Positions 26,311 to 38,221 of a stretch of DNA of 64,000 bases are shown in pieces. The position numbers were made by a program, and so were the translations under genes. The DNA comes from Octopus bimaculoides. Taxonomy: Eukaryota. Positions within the stretch are counted from its first letter, which is position 1. Each line of letters begins with the position of its first letter. The DNA lies in NCBI RefSeq assembly GCF_001194135.2, contig NC_068992.1, forward strand, positions 56,849,542 to 56,913,541, in the 5' to 3' direction. The notes beneath the pieces were generated by a model. The model did no database searches and had not been told where the DNA came from. It worked only from the letters and a program-made list of their open reading frames with translations.

Positions 26311-27381
26311 TAATGCATAATTATAATTATTCTTGATTTTCTAAAAGAAGCACGTTTAAATAAGAAGATATTTGGGGTTTGATAATACACGTGTCATTTC
26401 TAACATTAGATGCGATTTACTTAACTGTTTTCACCTCTGAAGCCTGCTATGGTAGAAAACATAATTCATTTAGTTTTCTTAAAATGTACAAAGCAAATGC
26501 AGTTAGTGGATTCCTGCCTTTTGCCAAAGCAAATGTAAGCCTAAATGAACTGAACCTTATTTTGTTGCATATCGGGAAGGTCATTATGGCAATAATAACA
26601 TACGCCCTGGCTCTGTTTTACTTCTTTCATTACTATTAATCAATCGATTCATTTATGAAATTAACTAATCCTTTGTTTGATTAATCCGTCACTGACTGAC
26701 TAACTGACTCACTCACTTACTCACTCAATCAATCAATCAACCAATCAACCAATCAGCCAGGTTTGTCAAATTCTTTTCGTCACCACGTGCAACACCCCCT
26801 AAACGATATGCTCTCACTTCTGGACTGCTTCAGGGTGAATTGAAACTGTTTCCGTGTTAAATTTTAATTTGCTTCAGTAATTTTGCTTTATTGTGTAGCT
26901 CCCTCTTAGTTTAGTACAATTTTCGCAACTAGTAACTATAACTATAATATCAGATTGTGTCAGAAAGAAACAGTTGAGATTTCCATTAGCATGGAGTGTG
27001 AAACATTTCTTTCGATAAAATATCTATAAATTGGATTTAATGTTGCCTCTTTTAATTGCCTAATTGACGATGAAGTAGCAAATAGATTTGTAATAAAATT
27101 TTCGCCATAAAATTTACGAAGTTCTCAAATATAATGTATTTTATTTTCATTTCATTTAGAACTCATTTCGAAAAATGATATATCTGGAAGAAGCCATTGA
27201 TATTTCTAAAGTGAAACTCATATACATAGTCGCATACAGACGTGCATCGAAACAAAATGAACATGCAGATATATATGTGCGCATGTGTCTGCATGTATAG
27301 ATAAAAGACGTGTATGTGAGTATACATACATATATACATATATACTTACATACATACATGTATATATACATACATATATAC

Positions 27382-27444
<63 letters not shown>

Positions 27445-28684
27445 CAGATAGATAGATATATGATGTAATGTTCCGTGATGGTAAGATCAACACAAAAGTA
27501 CTCCATCTGGTGAGAGATAAATATTTATCACACACATATAAACATACTAGAGGCATAAGAAAACAAACTTACCTACATATATATATTTACGATAGCAAAA
27601 TCAAAATCTTTCTGCAAACATATTTATGTTCTTGATGATCTTAATTTATTGGAAAGTAATTATGAAATCAGACATTCATATTTAATTTATTTGCTTCAGT
27701 CATTTTATGACAACCATATTAGTGCATTGGTTCCGCAGTTGTTAGTCGATTATATCGATACCAGTAGTTCTGATACTCATTTTGTCGGTGTTACCTGAAG
27801 AAGGATGGATTCAATCAATTTTAAAATCTTATGCGAAATTCTCCTTAGTGTTATGTCGATAATCGTGGGAGTCCATTAACTGCTTCACTCATTTTCCAAT
27901 CCCATGATACTGTGTTCCACCTATCACTATTTTTCTATTTCCAGCTTTAACGTATCTCGTATTACATTATCCTCTCTGTTATCCCTTGCTGACGCTGACA
28001 AGGTATATTTTGAGAGCGAGATTTGGTTGCTATTTCTATAAAGCTAAACATCCACATATAGGATTTCCCTTTTGGTTCGCAAATGCAGCCGTATCCGTCA
28101 GTGGCATGAGTAATATATAATACGTGGAATGATAGTTAACGATAATGAGTCTGTAATTGTTCCTTAAGGGGCAGGCTATGTGATATGGGGTGGTGGGCGA
28201 TGTTTATTGCATATCCATTAATGAATTATGTAACATGAAATATCTTTCTCTATCAATGAAAGCCTTTAGCTATGAATGTTTTCTGCTGAGAGCGTTATAT
28301 CCTACGGTGATCATCGAAAGAATATTAAATATAATGAAAAATGTTGTAAAGTGGATATGATTTATTATGCAATATGATGTGAGTGGAATTTTACGAGTGG
28401 GTTTACAACGGAAGATGATGAATTTGAAACGATGAGTGATGAGTAAGCGCGAACGAGTGATGAACATAACGAAAGAATGATGAGGTTGAAAGATAGATAG
28501 ATAGATAGATAGATAGAATCTGGGTAGGATGCAAAAAGAGAGATATGATAGTTAAAAATAGATATATCATAACAAGGGAAAATATTCTGCTGCAGAAAGA
28601 GAAGAAACTAGATGTATGGAAAGAAGATGTAGCGATATCAAGAGCAATAAATAAGGCGTAGAATAGAAAAAAAGTGTTTTGTAA

Positions 28685-29100
28685 GCAGGTACTTGGCCGT
28701 GTGGTTAACAATTTCGCTTGGCAACCAGATGGTTTGGAGTTCGATCTTACTGCGCAGCAACTTGTTAGTTATCTTATACAATAGCCCCGCTCGGACCTGC
28801 CAATTGCTTGTTTGTGAATTTGATAGACAAACATTATGTGAAATTATGTGGAAGTCCATATACGTTTGTGTATGTGTGTGTTTGTACGTGAATGTGTGAA
28901 TGTGCGCATGTGTCCGTGGGTATGTATGCGTATTTTGTGTCTGTTCGTCTAACGTTTCACACCTGGTGTTTGTTTACTTTTTTGCATCCCCTATAGAATA
29001 AGTACATAAGTATGAGACCTAAAAATACGTGCTGGGATCGATTTGTTTGAGTGAACAGTTGAAGATGGGGTCCAACAAGGCTTCAGTCTGATGAATGGAC
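28685..29100 (+). mobile_element. SINE family C (old, full span)
   Basis: tRNA-like head ggccgtgtggttaac...gttcgatc, an internal (GT)n tract and the tail tagaataagtac...gggatcgatttg. Confidence 0.65.
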
Positions 29101-29250
29101 GGGGTACGTAAAAAAAAATATATAACTCTGGCTAATTATTAAGGAGATGTACTTGCATAGCAAGTGACTTGATCTGAGATCGTGTGCTGGAACGAAAGCA
29201 ATTGCATCGTGAAAAGTATTTATAAGCCACTTAAGAAACACACAAAAACC

Positions 29251-29372
29251 GTTAGATTCACTTCAACATTTAAATTTAATTTGCCACGGAATTTTGTCAG
29301 TGAACAGGTCGCGGCTTCAAAGCGACGAAAATATTTTGGCAAATTAAATTTAAATGCTGAAGTGAATATAAC
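29251..29372. repeat. ~120-bp inverted repeat / hairpin
   Basis: attcacttcaacatttaaatttaatttgcca (29256-29286) pairs with tggcaaattaaatttaaatgctgaagtgaat (29337-29367) at 30/31 positions. Confidence 0.85.
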
Positions 29373-30514
29373 CCAGAGCTATATGGTTGGGAATCTAACC
29401 CAGAACTATGTGGTTGGGAAGCAGACCGTTTACCACAGAGCCGCTGTATTAAAAAGATTTATATTTATGAACTAAAACCTTTACGTAGTCCAAAATTGGA
29501 TATATGTTCATATTAAGATCTGGCTGATATTGTTCAATTAATGTAATCATGTTAGTTTGATGTGTATTGGTTTAACAGTCGGTGTGATGGTTTAACAGTG
29601 AATACTGAGAATCGCACCTGCGTTCGAATGGTACGGCGTACGTTCTTAGTTAACATACATTTCCGCGATAGGTTATTTTTAGATAACCACAACCGACTAT
29701 TTATTTGTGTAACACCATTTTAAACCAGACGTGTATACCCACGTCATAACAGTATGTATGTGTGTGTATACATACATGTATTTATCTCTGTGTGTGTTTT
29801 ATGTCTGTATGTATGGGTGCATGTGTGCATATATATTATAACGCAAACATTTGGTAGCAGTTCATAAACGCAGTAGTTTGACCGAATGATGCTTCAGAAA
29901 AATGCTTTGTGTAATTTTTCGGACCTTTTACGTTCCGTGTTCAAATACCTTAAATATCAGAGGAATACTGGGTACTATGGTTGAAGGTAACATCAAACGT
30001 TACTGTCCTTGTATCAAAATCAGAAACCATAATGTAACAGTTTAGTAAAACTTTGAAAAATTATTTATTGATAAGACATCTTTCAACATAATTGTTCTAA
30101 GTAGTGCACAGCACAATACATGGATATATGTACTAATGTGTGTGTTTTTTTGTGCGTTGCTATATGTGCGTGTGTTGATCTGCATGGCGGGAGGGTATAA
30201 TGTCTAACTAACAAATGAATATATCTGAAAGGATTGAGCGCTCTATGATACGCCAAGGGACATAATCAAGAGACATATCCAACGAATAATTCAGCCAGAA
30301 AAGCATTTTAAAATGCTAATTCTTCTCTAGACGTCTGCAGCATTCGATCTGCTTGGTGGGATACGTCAGAGTCTCACAGACAGATAGCTGATGGGTAATT
30401 CATGTAACTGCAATGTAGTTATGCTTCATAATGCATACAAAGAAACTAATTTTATTAATGACTGGGGAATAGTCAAAATTTATTCTGCAAGCGAGGTTGT
30501 ATGGTATAGGTGAA

Positions 30515-30807
30515 GTGGCGGCCGTGTGATTACCAAGCTCGCTTTGTTGTCACTTGCTTTCGGGTTCAATCGCATTCAGTGGCACCTTGGGCAAATATCT
30601 TCAACTATACGGCTGGACCGACTAATGCCCTGTGAGTGGATTTGGTAGGCGGAATCTGAGTGAAAGTCCATCACACACACACACACACACACACCTCAGA
30701 CTTCAATGGTCTTCTGCACATTTACAGATGTGCATGTATTAGTATTTGTCTCTTCACCGATTTGTTTCGTCTCCGTAACTAGCAGTTTGGTAAGAGAAAG
30801 ATAGAAT
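30515..30807 (+). mobile_element. SINE family C 5' part
   Basis: ggccgtgtg...gggttcaatc...gtggcaccttgggcaaatatcttc (resembles the MIR CORE accttgggcaagt)...gtgagtggatttggtag, then (CA)n. Confidence 0.75.
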
Positions 30808-32110
30808 NNNNNNNNNNNNNNNNNNNNNNNNNNNNNNNNNNNNNNNNNNNNNNNNNNNNNNNNNNNNNNNNNNNNNNNNNNNNNNNNNNNNNNNNNNNNN
30901 NNNNNNNNNNNNNNNNNNNNNNNNNNNNNNNNNNNNNNNNNNNNNNNNNNNNNNNNNNNNNNNNNNNNNNNNNNNNNNNNNNNNNNNNNNNNNNNNNNNN
31001 NNNAAATTAAGTACCAGTTACGCACTGGCGTCGATGTAATCGACTTAATCCCTTTGTCTGTCCTTGTTTGTCGCCTCTATGTTTAGCCCCTTGTGGGCAA
31101 TAAAGAAAGAAGAAAGATAGAAAATGTATTGGGCCTGACAAGTAAGTAATGGGGTCGATTTGTTCGACTAAAACCTTCAAGGTGGTGAACCAGCATGGCC
31201 GCAATGAAACGAGTGAAACAAATGAAATGTTCACATACGTGGTGTTATCAAGTACCCGCAGAAACAACGGTTTCGTCCCCAAGAGCATTTGTGCTGACAT
31301 GCTGGTTATACTAAGAGATGATGTTGTGGTAAAAACACTATAAGAATCAGAAAAAAACTAAGCCATACAGATGCAAACCACTACTACTGAAGTTGGCCAC
31401 TCTATACTGCAATCCCTAGGCTGAAATATCGTAGTGGGCGCTACCTTCGTTCTTCTGTAACCCTTCCTATTATTTTGCAATGAAAATATTCATAATGCTT
31501 TAGTTGTAGTGATTCAGTTCGATGCTCAACATTCCCAACCGCTTCCATTGTACGGTTTACTTTGCCATACCCACCACGCAGAAGAAATTACCTGCCACTC
31601 ATTGCCATAAGTACCAGCTGGATAATTCCTATAATATACTCCAAAGACAACATAATTATTTTGACACAGCATATCACCCTTACAAAATAACTCCACATGG
31701 CAGAAATGATATCTACATGTTACCCTTAACGTATACATAGATAAATATGAATCATATAATAAACATAACAAGAAGCGAATATATGTAAACGCAAATTACT
31801 ACCAACCGTCCATAGTTTTAAAAAATGTGATTAATATTGTCAGTAGTAGAAGCTGTAACCTATCATCGAAGAAATAAATCTTTGGTAGTGCAATCCTTGT
31901 TACAATAATGCCATGAAAGTTAGCGTCAGGAAAGATATCACATGCTGTTGATTTGCAACATACTTCACTAAGAATGCTGTCATGTTCAGATAATCCTCTT
32001 TAAATGTTAACACTAACATTACAAAATCATTCCTTGCTTTCATAAGCAGAATGCACGCTTCTTTCTTAATATCGTTAGCGAGAAAAAAAAAACAAACTTC
32101 CCATCAACTT

Positions 32111-32286
32111 CAGCACCGAGATCACCAGTTCACGTGATTTCAATCTTTCTTAATCTCATCGGTGATGGACGCTCCACCGCTAGAGATAGTAGCGACTCAT
32201 CTCTCCGCTAGCGATATGTAGAAAATCAGTGCTACTAATGAGATGCAGAAAGATCAAAACTTAGTGATCTGGTGGTCTCGGCGCTG
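32111..32286. repeat. Imperfect 49-bp inverted repeat with structured 78-nt spacer
   Basis: Arms 32111-32159 and 32238-32286; 38/49 Watson-Crick pairs, ungapped. Confidence 0.8.
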
Positions 32287-32609
32287 GCGTTAGTGAGGAA
32301 TTACCTTCCTGCTGGTGATATAAACAAACAAGCACCAAAGGCCTATATGAGTAAATACCGCAGTATTATTTAGTTTTAGCAGAACATTCGCGTTTAAGTG
32401 GGAATATATATTACTTCTAGTTATTAATACCGACTCTATTAATGCCGCTAATATATATCTGTTACGGATTGTTCTGTTGTGGTAAAAACAATAATTTCGA
32501 ATGGAGAGGAAAAGTTCGTCCCAGCATCGGTCGAAATGCATTTGGCAATCTCACTGACCGCTGCTGGAACGAATTCTCGACTTTTCGTTTCCATGTTATG
32601 TTTAGTATG

Positions 32610-32850
32610 TTTGCTGAACCGCTAATTTACGAGGCTACCAGCATCGTTTGTGAAGCGAAGGCGGAGGGACAAACACAGAAACACACACACACACACACAA
32701 GCACACACACACAAGCACGTGCACACAGAGATATACACGACGGGCATCTTTCAGTTAGTTTCCGTTTATAAAATCTTTGGTACCATGTAGTTGAACTGAC
32801 CCCGGAACCATGTTGTTGGGAAGCAAATGGCTTCCCACACAGCCACGCCC
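32610..32850 (-). mobile_element. SINE family C
   Basis: Reverse-complement motifs ttgctgaaccgctaa...gggacaaacacag...(CA)n...cccggaaccatg...cacacagccacgccc. Confidence 0.7.
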
Positions 32851-33218
32851 AAACAATTAAATTTAAAGAGACTAAAAAAAAGTAATAAATAAATAATAGA
32901 TATGGAGTAACGAAATGCATTCTTTCTCAGCAATTTTGCCATAAACAACATGTTGGGATAGTACCTAAATAAAATAGGGCCCTCCCAACCTGAATGAGTC
33001 AGCACAAATGATAGCGTATCAGCAAGAGCGTAGCCCTAGTACCAAATCCTACAAGACACCTACAACCAATTAAAACACATGAGTAATTTCAAAAAATAAA
33101 CCATGCATTTCTACTGCCGAGGTCAAGCAACGAAGTCGGTATGTTATATTTAATAGTTCATATATCAGCAATCATAAGTTCCACTCTTTATATAGCATCG
33201 ATTAGTAACGACTAAAGT

Positions 33219-33579
33219 GTGTTGCGTGTGTGTGTTGGCACTCCGTCGCTTACGACGTCGAGGGTTCCAGTTGATCCGATCAACAGAACAGCCTGCTCGT
33301 GAAATTAACGTGCAAGTGGCTGAGCACTCCATAGACACGTGTACTCTTAACGTAGTTCTTGGGGATATTCAGCATGACACAGTGTGACAAGGAAGTAAGA
33401 GTGAGGGAAAGTTGTGGTGAAAGAGTACAGCAGGGTTCGCCACCATCCCCTGCCGGAGCCTTGTGGAGCTTTAGGTGTTTTCACTCAATAAACACTCACA
33501 ACGCCCGGTCTGGCAATCGAAACCGCGATCCTATGACCACGTGTCCGTTGCCCTAACCACTGGGCCATTGCGCCTCCAC
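33219..33579 (-). mobile_element. SINE family A, full length
   Basis: 12-bp TSD aacgactaaagt at 33207-33218 and 33580-33591. The tail has decayed towards (GT)n. Confidence 0.93.
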
Positions 33580-33624
33580 AACGACTAAAGTAAGGCATGT
33601 CAAATACAGATTAATAATCCTTTC

Positions 33625-33797
33625 TATTATAGGCACACAGTCTGGAACTTTCGCGGGAAGGGCGCTAGTCGTTTACATTGGCTCCAGTGCTTAACTGACA
33701 GTTATTTTATCAACCACGAATGGATGAAAGACAAACTCAGAACATAAATTCTGACGACATCCCACTAAGCATTTTGTCTAGTGCGGTAACGATTCTG
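33625..33797 (-). mobile_element. SINE family B
   Basis: Reverse complement of the family B motifs (taagcattttgtc...ctaacgattctg-like). Confidence 0.7.
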
Positions 33798-34444
33798 TAT
33801 TACAGCAATTTATTAATAAGTTTCACCGCTTTATGCCCATATATTAATAAGAATTACTTTGGAATAAAAAATAGTTAGAAAAGCATGAAATGTTTTAAAT
33901 TGATACGAAGTATCTATATTATAATTCAATAACGAGTCCTACATTATTAATGATAAATCATTCTATTATTTTCTCTTAGCCTCTAGCTAATAGCTTTTCG
34001 CAAAAGTTTATAATGAATTTTAGAGGATACGATTTTGTTATATTCTAATAAATTGAAGTTGTTTTCTAATTGTGCACCACCAATTTTTAAAAGAGTTTTA
34101 AATATATAATTAATAATACGTGTTTCGATGTATGTATGTGGGAGTACTTCTGTTACATTACATTTTCAAGTAGCTATATGGTTATACAAATTCACATTGT
34201 AATATTTTAAATATCAAAAATCTATCACTGTGTATACTGTCTCAAAAACGCTTCAAGCTAAAGGTGCTAATTAATATTATTCTTGATTTAATTGTCTGTA
34301 TTCTAATTAATTTTTTACTAAATATAATATTTAGCCTACCGGTTGTAGAAGTGTAATTCAAAAGATTTTTCCGTTCAACTGTTGATAGAGGTACCGAGTA
34401 TTTACGTACGAACTCCTCTTATAATTTAACATTGATTTACTGTA

Positions 34445-34715
34445 TTCTTCCGTAAACGCTGATTTTCTAAAGGTCATCACCTTCTCTCCTGATGAAACAA
34501 CCTTGACCTTTCGGGGTGCAGTGGAGTAGGGGTGTTTCAACAGCAAGGATTGCTTCTTTCTCTCTGGCTCAAATTGATGAAACCATCACTTCTCCTGGGT
34601 TAGGAAACTTTCATGAAAACCAACTAGGTCTTCCTGAAACGATGTCAGATATTCCCGGGAAGTGATCAGACTGGTGCGCTTTTTCCAAGTGTCAGAAGAC
34701 GCGACACACACCAAG
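34445..34715 (-). mobile_element. Mariner transposase fragment (decayed)
   Basis: The - strand reads WCVSRLLT (WVPRLL-like)...FHQFEPERKKQSLLLKHPYSTAPRKVKVVSSGEKVM, the region around the first catalytic D of mariner. Confidence 0.7.
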
Positions 34716-35280
34716 CAAGTGCATTGTGCAGAATATTCTCAACTCTCATGGGATATTCTAATAGTATTAGCTAATAGATTTATAGTCAATCGTCTGTTAT
34801 TCATTTCCATATAGTGAACACGATCAGTGTCTTGCTATGTGGTGGCCGTTCCATGCTTCAAGACTTTAGGTCATCTTCAAGCGTCTCCCTTACCTTCTTA
34901 ATTCAGCTACCTAATTTTGCACTTTTCATAAAGATGGAGCGTCATCTCTTAGTGTAACCAGCATGTCAGCACAAATGCTCTCGGGGACGAAACCGTTTTT
35001 TCTGCAGGTACTTGATAACACCACGATGTTGAATTGTGTCGAATTTTCAAGACATCTTGAAATGATTTTTGAAAAGACAAGATGTCAGTTTATTTGGAAC
35101 GAAACAATGTAATTATGAATAAAAAGCGTTGAAATTAATGCATGCAAGGTTTCAGTTCTAGCATCCCCACTTCATAGTCAGCCTATGAACTTTCCAGCAC
35201 ATCCTCATGTGTATATATGGGTCGGGCATCAAACATAAATGCAAAGACATACGCACATATACATACATACATACATACAT

Positions 35281-35638
35281 GTTGTTGTTGGCACCCCGTC
35301 GCTTACGACGTCGCGGGTTCCAGTTGATCCGATCAACAGAACAGCCTGCTCGTGAAATTAACATGCAAGTGGCTGAGCACTCTACAGACACGTGTACCCT
35401 TAACGTGTGACAAGGCTGTCCCCTTTGAATTACAGGCACAACAAAAACAGGAAGTAAGAGTGAGAGAAAGTTGTGGTGAAAGAGTACAGCAGGGTTCGCC
35501 ACCATCGCCTGCCGGAGCCTGGTGGAGCTTTAGGTATTTTCGCTTAATAAACACTCACAACGCCCGGTCTGGGAATCGAAACCGTGACCCTATGACTGCG
35601 AGTCAGCTGCCCTAACCACTGGGCCATTGCGCCTCCAC
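35281..35638 (-). mobile_element. SINE family A inserted in an (ACAT)n tract
   Basis: Full head and tail, flanked on both sides by acatacatac repeats. Confidence 0.92.
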
Positions 35639-36767
35639 ACATACATACATACATACATACATACATAGGTTGGCTAGCGGTTACTGTACAAAATAGTTCC
35701 CAAGAAGAGAAGGAACTGCGCAGCGAGACTGAACTTGAAGTAACGAAGTTGCCAAACGAGCTACTTAACCGCTAAGTCATGCATTTAGATTTTGTATATC
35801 AACTAATATACTTTTGATTCGTTTAGGTGTTCTCTTGTGTGCGAGTGGATTGCATTTTTGTAACATGGACCTCTGGGGTTCTTGTATGAAAATATGGAAA
35901 TCTTTCGTATTGTTGTTTAATAGATTTTAGATTTACTCATACCTATTTTTACTTTCAGTTTCAATTTATGTCTAATTTTCTTCCTCAAACTCGATCTACG
36001 TTTTTGTAATGTAGCTTACGGATTCTGGCGTTTCATGCTAACGCTATTTACATTATTCTTTAAGAAACAATAGTTCCTAAAATTTATCAGCAAGCCACTA
36101 ATATTGCATTGAACTACATCATGTGAATATAATAAAGATTCAATAAATACATCTTTTCATTTTAATGGAAACACCATTACCTTTATCACAATTCGTTATT
36201 TCTCAATTTTATAATATACGTATGATATACTTCAGTTAACAAAAGAAATTGATTTTTAAATAATTACAGTAATTTTATATTTAAACAAGTATTTTTAATA
36301 ATTTGTATAACTTATCCGGGTGCAGTCATTCTGACATATGACATACATGAAAATATTCTCATCGAAATTTTACCTACCCTAAAGCTTATTATTCGTTAAA
36401 CACCTGACGATAAGTCACGAAGATATATTTAATTAGAACAAAACAATGCAGAATCGTATTATTAAAGCCTTTTAAAAAAATCACTCACCCATTGTTGTCT
36501 GTCTATATTTTCCTCTCACATTTTTCATCACAGTAACCCTGTGGCGCTCTCAATGCGAACACATTTTCGAATGATTTAAGTATCACTAACTACTTTTCTG
36601 CTATTATGTTTCATCCCGATGCTAGGTGTGCCGGCTTGTGAATCGGTTTTATATATTCATTTGAAATATTTATTTCGTCTCCTGCGTGTCTACATAGAGT
36701 CATAGGGTCACATGCGTGTTTTTTGTGTGAGTGTCCGACAGTGTTTGTGTGTGTACGTATGTGTGTG

Positions 36768-36800
<33 letters not shown>

Positions 36801-36937
36801 NNNNNNNNNNNNNNNNNNNNNNNNNNNNNNNNNNNNNNNNNNNNNNNNNNNNNNNNNNNNNNNNNNNNNNNNNNNNNNNNNNNNNNNNNNNNNNNNNNNN
36901 NNNNNNNNNNNNNNNNNNNNNNNNNNNNNNNNNNNNN

Positions 36938-36969
<32 letters not shown>

Positions 36970-37301
36970 TATGTTCCTTATGCATTAAAAATTGATTTGC
37001 CGATTTTGACGTATGGCATAGCAAAAGATTCAATAATCTTTCGGCTTCCAAATAAACTTTATTTTTTCATTTACATATTTTCTACGTTATCTCCACAAAC
37101 GGCTTTAGTTATTTGAAAAGCACTACTCTACAAGGACCAGGTCTCATTAGAATGTAAAAATAGTTTCAAACTTTCCATTTGAACCGAAATTACAAAGTGT
37201 TGCATTACGAGAGTGACGATGTGTGAACAATGAACGTAATGTCATTCCGAATTAGTCATATCTGTACTATAATAAAGCTGCTTATCATCTATATATATAT
37301 A

Positions 37302-38221
37302 TTGGGTCATCCCATAAATAATGCGGTTTTTTAAATTGCATGAACTAAAAGTCGAGGGGGATAGGATAAACTACCTGCGTCAACTTGCTATAAATGCTGG
37401 TAGTTATTTTACCTTGTGCTTATTCTTAGTGCAACTTTTGAAGAGTGCAGTTCGCTTTTAACACTTAATTTTTCTAAGCTATCATGGAAGTGACAAAGGA
37501 GCATATTCAGCATATATTGCTGCTTTATAAGTCCAATAAAGGCAACAAAGCAACGGAAAGTGTGAGAAATATTAATGCAGTATAAGTGGATCGGACAATA
37601 ACCGTAAGCCAGTCTCAACTGCGGTCCCAGAAATTCCGCGCCGCAAACTACAGACTGGAAAACGAACCTCGCCCTGGAAGATCTGTACTGCTCGACAAGG
37701 ACGTCCCACAATCCCTGGTGGAACAAAATCCCATCGAAACTGTTGAGGAACTAGCGGAGAAGATTGGATCTGGTCATTCAAATACTCATTCAAGTCACTG
37801 CTAGAAGACAATTGACCGTCTTTGGTTTCAAGACGAAAAGTGTTCTACCATCAGGATAAAGCTCGGCCACATAACAGCGAGGATGACATTCGATAGGCTG
37901 GAGCAGTTTCAATGGGAAACGATGCCCCACCCACCATATTCTGCGGACAATACCCCATCTCATTATCATTTATTCCGCAGTCTTCAAAATCCTTTGGATG
38001 GAAAAAGTATGAATTGTGGAGACGAGGTCAGAACAGTAGTGGAGGAATATTTTTCGTCACAGACAAGTGGATTTGGGAAGAGGGGCCTTGCAAATCTTCC
38101 AGATAGATGGAACAGTATTGTAGAAAATGATGGAGCGTATATTTTTGTTTAAAAAAGAAATCTTAATATTGAAAAACAAAAGAAGTGTAAAAAAAACTGC
38201 ATTATTTATCGCATGAACTAA
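37302..38221 (+). mobile_element. Internally deleted mariner (DD34D) element with both TIRs
   Basis: TIRs ttgggtcatcccataaataatgcgg and ctgcattatttatcgcatgaactaa with flanking TA. ATG at 37484 gives MEVTKEHIQHILL; HTH region ENEPRPGRS..TVEELAEKIG; QDKARPH..34 aa..HPPYSADNTPSHYHLF, with the third D mutated to H. Contains stops and frameshifts. Confidence 0.92.

Larger units (their letters stand above)
31238..35025. repeat. 84-bp inverted repeat pair 3.6 kb apart
   Basis: 31238-31321 matches the reverse complement of 34942-35025 at 80/84 positions, ungapped. Confidence 0.9.

Noticed and set aside
32109-32129. REST/NRSE site (TTCAGCACC...)
   Set aside because: Only the left half-site matches; the GGACAG half is absent and the motif is explained by the inverted repeat.
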